Under the pieces are notes generated by a model, which was given only the letters and a program-made list of their open reading frames with translations, ran no database searches and was not told the origin of the DNA. Both the position numbers and the translations under genes were made by a program. From Antedon mediterranea (Eukaryota > Animalia > Echinodermata), in NCBI RefSeq assembly GCF_964355755.1, contig NC_092671.1, positions 24,564,070 to 24,628,069 of the forward strand: 64,000 nucleotides of DNA. Reading direction: 5' to 3'. Of this stretch, positions 20,945-28,878 are shown one piece after another; position 1 is the stretch's first letter, and each line of letters opens with the position of its first letter.

Positions 20945-22311
20945 TAGGTAAATTTATGTTGTTGTTATGTAAATTAAAAACCTTTGACATTAAATACATA
21001 AACCATTTTTGTCCCATTTGAAGCACAATTTTGTTTTTACTGTGATACTGTTTAAACACATAGTTTAATACTGACAGTTGCTTCTTAATAGTATTGATTA
21101 ATAATTACAAAAAATATAAAAGTCGTAGTGGTGTATCGTTACACGTACTTTACTATCTCAATCAACTATGACAGTGACAGTTTCAATAACGTATTAAATC
21201 GCTAATGTTTAGTGGTTTATTATTTATAAAACACAAAAACAAATATGTCATTACGGATAAGGAATATATTAAAAAAGGGTTCCTCTTTGCACCCACCCTC
21301 TTACCATCCCTCAACCCTAATGTTACATACAAAACACAAATTGGGTTTGTTTACTCAAGTACTTCCCAGGGTACTAATTTTAGTTGGCTACATAAATCAC
21401 CGTGTCTGTTTATTATGTACATTTAAAATTGCCACTTTTTTACACTGAAATTACAATGTATTTGAGAACCATCTGGTAATAATAATAAGCATTGACACAA
21501 CAATGCAATGAAATCATAGTAAAGTCAAAGTCTGAGCTGATGATAAAGGTCTTAAGCTTTGATTTAAAGGAGTTCAATGAAGTTATTTCCAAAGAAATGG
21601 AGCTGCAAAAGTAAATTATCGATTACCCACCCTATGACGATCGAAATATACAAAAAAAATGTCGCGCCAAAATGACGATTCGCCCGGACCATAAACATGG
21701 GTGCGTCATGGTCACCTAAAGGTCAGCACATTTTTTATGCACGGGTGCGTCATGGTATTCATAAGGTATGACGAATATCGGACAAATGACGCACTTCTGC
21801 CGGGAGTCATATAGTGTGTCATACAATTGACAAGTGCATAGGCCCAACTAACTCAAACTTGGTATAAGACTTCACAGTCACCATCAATGAACTCTGTAGC
21901 GCAGCGGGTGAATGTTTTTAAATTGGGTAAGCTTGAGGATGGTGTGAAAGTACAGTTTATAAGGGCGCTACTGCACTTTCGCACCAAAACTGGGCATGCC
22001 ATAAGGTTACTCGCCATAAGGTTACTCACCATCACCACCACGCAGTGGGTGAATGTTTTTAAATTAGGTAAGCTTAAGTGAAATAGCATAAATAGGCCTA
22101 GGCCTAGACTATATAGCCTCTAGGCCTATATGACTATGTCTATGCGGTGCTACTGCACGAATTTCCTACTACTGCACTAGGCTATCCCTCTAGACTAGTA
22201 GTAGTAGGTCTACCCTACTAGCTGACTGCTAGAGTATGCTCTAGACTAGAGAGTAGGCGACCATTTTGAGTAATTTTAAGGGGTGGGTACGAAACTGCAT
22301 TAGCGCCAGAG

Positions 22312-23132
22312 GGATTACGGTCGAAGCGGCCGCCAACTAAAGCGGCCGCTAGTTCAATAACGGTAATCTGTATGGAAGGCCGTGTGCGCTTTGATTGTCG
22401 TTGTTTTGTAATCTTTGATTGCCATTGTTTCGACAGGTTTTCTTTACCTCGGACGTAAATAACAATCTATATTATTATGTAATTTATTCTCTTTTTTTTA
22501 CAGATTGAATGTGATACGCGTACGTTCTTTTAAACGAAATGGCGAATCGATGATTACTTATTTTACTTATTATTGCAATACTGTATAAAATGCGATAGTT
22601 AAATGTAAATGAGATATAAATATTCGGCAATACCGTAGGCCTACGTAAATTATTATTGCAATACTGTATAAAAATTCGATAGTATGTAAATGAGATATAA
22701 AGATTCGGCAATACCGTACGTAAATTATTATTATTGCAATACTGTATAAGGATTCAATAGTATAAACGAGATATGAAGATTCTGCAATACCGTATACGTA
22801 AATTATTATTGCAATACTGTATAAAGGATTCAATAGTAGTATGTAAACGAGATATAAAGGGTCGGCAAAATATATTTCGATATATGTATTAGTTAATAGT
22901 AAATACAAATAAAATATACATTGATTTATCGGCAGGCAAACTTAATTATTATAGAAATATAAAGATTTGATAGTACATGAGTTGGCTTACATTTATTTAG
23001 CTGTAACTCAACTCGCCATAGGGCATGGCGTTGACAACGACAATCAAAGATTAAAGCGCACATGGCGTTCCATACAAATGACGATATTAAACTGGCGGCC
23101 GCTTTGGTTGGCGGCCGCTTCAACCATACTCC
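22312..23132. mobile_element. Non-autonomous DNA transposon with about 90-bp TIRs and an 8-bp TSD (Merlin- or hAT-like)
   Basis: TSD CGCCAGAG at 22304-22311 and 23133-23140. TIRs GGATTACGGTCGAAGCGGCCGCCAACTAAAGCGGCCGC... and ...GCGGCCGCTTTGGTTGGCGGCCGCTTCAACCATACTCC. Internal degenerate tandem array (ATTATTGCAATACTGTATAAA...) at about 22565-22870. Confidence 0.85.
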
Positions 23133-23307
23133 CGCCAGAGTAGGCTAGGTAGTAGAGGCCTACTAGGCTAGCCTAACTAAAGTAGTAAAGCTACTACTAG
23201 CGTAGCCTACTACGGCCTAACTAGGCCTAGACTAGGCCACTAGCTAACCTAGCCTAGCTAGGCTAGCCTAGCTAGTAGAGTAGGCTATGGCCTACCTCCT
23301 AGCCTAG

Positions 23308-23604
23308 TGTTGTGAACGGCGCCCGCTGGGTAAACAGACCACCCCTCCAACCGAACGAGGGCGTCGCCCCGGTAGCTTGATTTGCATACATGGGGTATGC
23401 AAATGTTAACTGGGGCCTCGACGCCGGCCGAACCGATCTATTCGAAGCAGGAACCAAGGAGAAACGGACACAACCGGAATTGACCAAGATATTTGGATTT
23501 ACTGCTTACGGATACTTGTGTGATTTAGGACAAGCGGGACTGTTAAGGTAAGCCTAGTAGCTTTCATTATCAGGCCATTCCAGCACCAACCTAAAATCAC
23601 AACA
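23308..23604 (+). repeat. 5' LTR
   Basis: 297 bp, TG...CA, 8-bp terminal inverted repeat, same sequence as 30812-31108. Confidence 0.97.
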
Positions 23605-23605
23605 T

Positions 23606-23619
23606 TGGCGCTGCGAGCA
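23606..23619 (+). other. Primer-binding site, probably for tRNA-Ser
   Basis: TGGCGCTGCGAGCA begins 1 nt after the LTR. Its complement TGCTCGCAGCG-CCA resembles the 3' end of animal tRNA-Ser; the tRNA identity is from memory and unverified. Confidence 0.75.
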
Positions 23620-24430
23620 AAAGCTCGGAAATCTTTTTTTTTGGTGGGGAGGCGGGTGCCTTGATTGCCAGCTGGCATTCTTAACGTGATCGGGTTGATT
23701 GCGAGGTATTTCGTCCTCTGCTGAAATTATTAACTTATTGTACTTACGGTGCATTTGTTAGTTTATTGAAGTTGGTATATTTATTGAAGGTATAACATAC
23801 CGGTAAAGTTAATCACGCAGTATTGTGGCATTTGGATACTTGCTGATTAGCGTATCGACGGGGTAGTCGATGCGTACCGGGAGTTGTATTTATTTTGCTA
23901 TAGTTGAAGGATTAGTGGGCAGTTTACTAGGCCGTATCACCTGGTGAGGTACTAGGCGTGGCCGTTGAACTGAGTGGCACCACTAATTTTTAGATTTGAT
24001 TGTTTTTTATTGATAACATCTTTTTCGTCCGTCAGTCAGGTTTTTCATCTTGAGAAATTATATTGGCTGTGCGTATTATTGTGTTAACCTCACAGTGGCA
24101 TTATCGCTCTCCTTTCTTTGCATCGGGGGAAGGTTTAGTGGTAAGTGTTGTTAAACTGTATTGACGTCTTTTTGAATAATCTAGTTGTTTCTCATTGCAG
24201 GTTTGCTGGTGAAATATTTTATTATATTTGCATCTCCAACAACCATTTTGCAATATTGTGTGTGTGTTACTGCATTGACGATATTTTATTCTACTGTTGG
24301 GCCTGTAATTTTTATTACGTCTGGCGGTATTTTAATTTGTATCGTACTCTTTGCTTAATAACATCTGCCATACACTGTAACTAGATTTAGGAGCATAACA
24401 ACCCAATAGAAGAGAGACGATTTTTAGACC

Positions 24431-26344
24431 ATGTCGTCTAATAAGGTTCTAGTTAACTTTTGCCCAGTGCAAGATCTTCATGGAGTCCCTAATGTAGGGA
24501 AGAAACGAGCAACTAGAATAATTAAATGGCGGGCTACCCATGGCAACATTACGCCCTCTAATATTAATCAGATACACGGAGTAGCTGGTACTGCCAGGTT
24601 GGTGGACTACCTGGATTTTCAGCCGAATCCGAGTTTAGGGGGAGGCGTAGGCCAGATGATTGATAATGTGTCACCTCTAGTGGAGAAGCAAAATAGAGCG
24701 GCCAGAAAGGGGTCGCAGGTCTCACAATCTGTAGGTATGGAAGGGGCATATCGGGGGAAAAATGACGGGGGCCATAGTGGTCGATACCACGTCCTCTCAT
24801 CGCCCCAGGCTACTCCTTTATTAGACGTACCAGGTACGTATTATACTACAGGACCTGCTAGTGATCCTCGTTATCTCGAAGGTGGGCTTGGGGCTTATAC
24901 GCCATCCACCTTCGCTGGGCGTTCTGACCAGGATAGGAGTAAGAATAGGTCAACACAACGTAGGAGCTACATCAAAAAGCCATCTCCGATAACCTTAGAC
25001 TCGTGTTTTAGCTCTAGGGAGGACGAGGAGGAAAGACTCCCCAGGAGACTATCTAAAACCGCTAGGTCTAAAACTAGGGCTCGCCGGCGATCTCCATCAG
25101 CCAGCGATAGTGACCTTAGTGGGGATGGTGCTGATACTGATAGTAGCAGGAGTAGAGAGTCGGATAGACAGTCGGATAGACATAGTGCAGGGGCTAGGAC
25201 AGCAGTGGAGTGTCTTAGGGCTATCCCGAGAGTCAGGCACTATGAAGGCCGGCAGGATTTTTTAGAACGTAGGAGGATGCGTAAAAAAGATATACCTAGG
25301 TCTCTAACGTTTAGGGGGAGGGGAGACAACTGGTCCTTTTTTAAGCGGCGGTTGGCTTCATTTATAGAGGAGCAGGAACTCACAAACCGTGAAAGTAAGG
25401 ACGTCCTTACTTGGTGTTTAGACGGGGCGGCGGCTGAGTTCTATGTGAATCTGATAGAAATGGACGCTGATTTGGGCTTTAGGCAGATCATTAAAGCTTT
25501 TAACCGACGTTTTAGTGAGGACGAGCTCCCCGCAGTCCTCCAAGCTAAATTAGAGACTGCTACGCAAAATGAGGGAGAGACTATAGAGGAATGGGGAGAT
25601 AGAGTGCTAACCTTGACTAGAAAGGCGTTTAAGGATTTGCCCAAGGAGTGGATCCAAGAGCAGGCCGTAGTTAGGTTTTGTATTGGGTGCAGGGATGCAG
25701 AAGTAGGTAGGCACGTCATGCACAAGCACTGTTCAACTATTCCCAGAGCCATTAGGGAGTTTGAAAAATATGATAGTTATAGGGGGCTATATAGTAAACG
25801 TAAGAGTAAGGTTAAGGATACCGTGAAACCTCATGTTAGGTCCACGGTCCGTACTTCTTTTGCACCCCCACTATCTTTTCAGCTACCTTCAGAAGACCAG
25901 GACGATACCGAGGGTGAAACTGGCGATGAGGTGTCCATTCAGCAGGTGCGAGGGAGGCCTATGAGGGGAAACCGTGTAACGTTTCAAAGGCCAGCACCAG
26001 CTTGGGTTCCTCCGGAACCCGCACCTACTGATGGCCAGAACCAGCAACGAACTGTGACGTCGGTGCCACCCACCAACAATACTCCTACTACAGAAGCCCG
26101 TTTGGCTACTGTGGAGGGTAATTTCCAGACGTTGAATACCAATCTGGGACGGGTGGAGAACACCGTGAACACGGAGATTGCCGCCATGCGGAATCAATTG
26201 GATCAGCTCATGCGTTTCCTGAGACCAGGCGAACTGGCTTGCTTTGAATGTAAGGAGGTGGGACACTTCCGCAGGGAGTGTCCGAGATTAGCGAGCCGTT
26301 TGCGTCAGGTTAGTGGCAATGAGCCAGATCCGTTAAACGAGTAA
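24431..26344 (+). CDS. gag: Gag (637 aa): N-terminal HhH domain, RS/acidic region, capsid-like domain, coiled coil, CCHC knuckle
   Basis: Open ORF. Capsid-like motifs WSFFKRRL, LDGAAAEFY, QNEGETIEEWGDRV. Zinc knuckle CFECKEVGHFRREC. N-terminus VNFCPVQDLHGVPNVGKKRATRIIKWRATHG resembles a ComEA-type HhH. Confidence 0.92.
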   Translation: MSSNKVLVNFCPVQDLHGVPNVGKKRATRIIKWRATHGNITPSNINQIHGVAGTARLVDYLDFQPNPSLGGGVGQMIDNVSPLVEKQNRAARKGSQVSQSVGMEGAYRGKNDGGHSGRYHVLSSPQATPLLDVPGTYYTTGPASDPRYLEGGLGAYTPSTFAGRSDQDRSKNRSTQRRSYIKKPSPITLDSCFSSREDEEERLPRRLSKTARSKTRARRRSPSASDSDLSGDGADTDSSRSRESDRQSDRHSAGARTAVECLRAIPRVRHYEGRQDFLERRRMRKKDIPRSLTFRGRGDNWSFFKRRLASFIEEQELTNRESKDVLTWCLDGAAAEFYVNLIEMDADLGFRQIIKAFNRRFSEDELPAVLQAKLETATQNEGETIEEWGDRVLTLTRKAFKDLPKEWIQEQAVVRFCIGCRDAEVGRHVMHKHCSTIPRAIREFEKYDSYRGLYSKRKSKVKDTVKPHVRSTVRTSFAPPLSFQLPSEDQDDTEGETGDEVSIQQVRGRPMRGNRVTFQRPAPAWVPPEPAPTDGQNQQRTVTSVPPTNNTPTTEARLATVEGNFQTLNTNLGRVENTVNTEIAAMRNQLDQLMRFLRPGELACFECKEVGHFRRECPRLASRLRQVSGNEPDPLNE

Positions 26345-26375
26345 GGGTTGGGTCAGAGGGCCGACGACCTAACCC
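26332..26375 (+). promoter_or_regulatory. Programmed -1 ribosomal frameshift signal (gag to pol)
   Basis: G_TTA_AAC slippery heptamer in the gag frame, one codon before the stop; 6-nt spacer; 10-bp stem GGGTTGGGTC/GACCTAACCC. The pol frame is -1 and open from 26323. Confidence 0.8.
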
Positions 26376-28878
26376 GGTTCCAGAAGCTGGCCAGAAAGAG
26401 GATGGTTCGTCGACTATCCCCAAGCTAGGCCCGATGGCCAAGCCTGTAGATACAGAGGGGGTAGCACCGGATCCTGTGACGATCATTGAGCCATCTGCAA
26501 TTAGCTCAGGGCTGATTGAATCATCTACACCGACAACAACCAAAACTGAAGAGACTCAAACCCGGATTGTTATCAATAGGGTAAAATCGTTGAATGCGTT
26601 GCATGCAACTGCTTTTGTCAATGGTACCAAAATTGACGCAGTCGTGGATACTGCAGCGGATTTTACCATACTATCCGATAAGGTTTATAAAAGTCTGGAT
26701 CCGGCACCACCTGTGGTGTCCACCCTGTCCTTTACTTTGGCGGGGAGGGGGACATCTATGCCAGGGTCGAAGGTGGGGCCGCTACAATTTACATTGGGAA
26801 CCAAAGAGTACCATGAATTCTTTTATGTTGCCCCCATCAATGACGATATGCTCTTGGGTGGTGATTTTCTTCATCCACAGGGAGCCGTTATCGATTGTGG
26901 AAATTTGCTTTTGGCAATTGGGGGCAGTACCATATCTCTAAGAGGGGATTCACCGGTGGAACCTAGGGTTGCCCAGGTAACGGTGGCTAAACGGAGAGTA
27001 ATTCCTCCTCACTCAGCCGCTCATGTTAAATGTAAACTTGTGACTAACAATGTATCTATGCCTGATTTCTTTATAGAGCCAGTTCCAACTACTGACGATG
27101 TGGCGATACCGGCAACTTTACATCTACGCACTGATGCGCCATGCATCTGTGTCATCAACACATCTGATCACTATCTTACTATGAAAAAGGGTAGACAGAT
27201 AGGTACGGCCAGGGAAGCTGAAGGGGTGAGTGTGTTCCAGACGGGGGTGACTCCGTCCGAGGATGCTTTGTCGAATCAAGCGGACGATGACGGTAACCAA
27301 CCCGAGGGGGTGCCGGCGCACCTAGTGGGCATGTTGGACTCTTCGAGATCTAATCTCTCAGGTGAAGAGGCTGACGCGCTCACTAAACTACTGGTTGATT
27401 ACCAGGATGTCTTCGCCGCTCATCAGTTCGACATTGGCACCTTTGGTGATATTGAACACAGCATCGACACTGGAGATGCCTCACCGATCAGGCAACGGCT
27501 CCGCCATACTCCTCTGCGCTTTGTGGGGGAGGAGGAAAAGGAGATAAAGAAGATGTTGGAGGCTGGTGTTATTCAACCATCTATGTCTGAATGGGCGTCA
27601 CCGCCTGTGTTGGTCCGGAAGCGCGATGGTTCTGTGCGCTTTTGCATTGACTATCGAGCTCTCAACAACATCACGACTAAAGATGCGTATCCATTACCTC
27701 TGATTCGTGATTGCCTTGACACACTGTCGGGGAATATCTGGTTTTCTAAACTGGACGCGATTTGGGGGTACTGGCAGATTAAGATGAAGGATGAAGACCG
27801 TAAGAAGACAGCGTTTATCACCAAGCATGGCCTGTATGAATTCGTGAAAATGCCATTTGGTCTTACCAATTGTCCTGCAACCTTCTCCCGTGCCATGGGT
27901 TTGGTGCTGCGGGGATTGGCGTGGGATACGGTATTGGCATTTCTCGATGATATTGTCGTGCTAGGTAAAACGTTTGAAGATCATCTCAGCAACCTCTCTC
28001 AGGTTCTGCAGCGATTTCGTGTTAACAACTTTAAACTTAAACCTAAAAAGTGTGTTTTCTTTCAGAAACAGGTTGAATTTTTAGGGCGAATCGTTGGGGA
28101 GGATACGGTGGCAGTGTCCGATTCGGATATAAAGGCTGTTCAAGACTGGCCGGCACCTACCCATCTGAGAGAAGTACAGCAGTTCTTGGGGTTGGCTAAT
28201 TACCATAGAGAGTTCATTGAGAACTTTGCTGGTTTAGCTGCACCTCTATATGAACTCACTAAAAAAGAGGTGAAGTTTCACTGGGATGAGGAACAACAAC
28301 AAGCGTTCACCGACCTGAAAGCTGCTCTCGTTCAACCTCCTCTACTCGCCTTGCCGAACGGGACTGATGAATTTATTCTGGATGTCGACGCTTCGGATCA
28401 AGCGCTAGGAGGCGAGCTGCTCCAGGTGCAGGAAGGTAAGGAGAAGGTAATTGCATACGCAAGTGCTCGTCTAACTCATGAACAACGGAACTATTGCACT
28501 ACACGCAAGGAGTTGCTAGCAATTGTGTTCATGACAAGGCATTTTAGGCACTACCTTCTAGGCAGACCTTTTAGAGTGCGGACTGATCACAATAGCCTGA
28601 CCTGGCTCCTCAACTTCAAGCAGCCACAGGGGCAACTCGCTCGGTGGATTGAGGAGTTGAGCCAGTACCACCTGTTGATTGAACACCGCCGAGGGCAACA
28701 CCATGGCAACGCCGATGCTCTGTCTCGCCGACCCGAAACTCATGACAGTAGCCACGAACGGCCTGCGCTTGAAGGGCTTCCCTGTGGGGGCTGTTCGTAC
28801 TGTCAACGAGCGGATGCGAGATGGTCAGCGTTCCAGGATGAAGTGGACGACGTTGTGCCCATCGCGCACGTACACTAG
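26338..28878 (+). CDS. pol: Pol part 1: aspartic protease, reverse transcriptase, RNase H
   Basis: PR VVDTAADFT...LLGGDFL; RT SEWASPPVLVRK, RFCIDYRALN, MPFGLTNCPATF, AFLDDIV; RNase H LDVDASD, YCTTRKELLA, RTDHNSL, NADALSR. Ends at an in-frame TAG (28876-28878). Confidence 0.95.
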   Translation, partial: RVRVGSEGRRPNPVPEAGQKEDGSSTIPKLGPMAKPVDTEGVAPDPVTIIEPSAISSGLIESSTPTTTKTEETQTRIVINRVKSLNALHATAFVNGTKIDAVVDTAADFTILSDKVYKSLDPAPPVVSTLSFTLAGRGTSMPGSKVGPLQFTLGTKEYHEFFYVAPINDDMLLGGDFLHPQGAVIDCGNLLLAIGGSTISLRGDSPVEPRVAQVTVAKRRVIPPHSAAHVKCKLVTNNVSMPDFFIEPVPTTDDVAIPATLHLRTDAPCICVINTSDHYLTMKKGRQIGTAREAEGVSVFQTGVTPSEDALSNQADDDGNQPEGVPAHLVGMLDSSRSNLSGEEADALTKLLVDYQDVFAAHQFDIGTFGDIEHSIDTGDASPIRQRLRHTPLRFVGEEEKEIKKMLEAGVIQPSMSEWASPPVLVRKRDGSVRFCIDYRALNNITTKDAYPLPLIRDCLDTLSGNIWFSKLDAIWGYWQIKMKDEDRKKTAFITKHGLYEFVKMPFGLTNCPATFSRAMGLVLRGLAWDTVLAFLDDIVVLGKTFEDHLSNLSQVLQRFRVNNFKLKPKKCVFFQKQVEFLGRIVGEDTVAVSDSDIKAVQDWPAPTHLREVQQFLGLANYHREFIENFAGLAAPLYELTKKEVKFHWDEEQQQAFTDLKAALVQPPLLALPNGTDEFILDVDASDQALGGELLQVQEGKEKVIAYASARLTHEQRNYCTTRKELLAIVFMTRHFRHYLLGRPFRVRTDHNSLTWLLNFKQPQGQLARWIEELSQYHLLIEHRRGQHHGNADALSRRPETHDSSHERPALEGLPCGGCSYCQRADARWSAFQDEVDDVVPIAHVH

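Noticed and set aside
22484-22908. Repetitive minus-strand ORFs
   Set aside because: They are translations of the tandem array inside the TIR element.
23390-23551. 53-codon ORF inside the LTR ending at the splice donor; it could join the 29009-29203 frame if spliced
   Set aside because: No recognisable motif, the TSS position is unknown, and ORFs of this length can arise by chance in GC-balanced DNA.
24431-24620. Bacterial comEA gene, contamination or recent HGT
   Set aside because: The HhH is fused in-frame to Gag inside an LTR element with a TSD and flanked by spliced animal genes.
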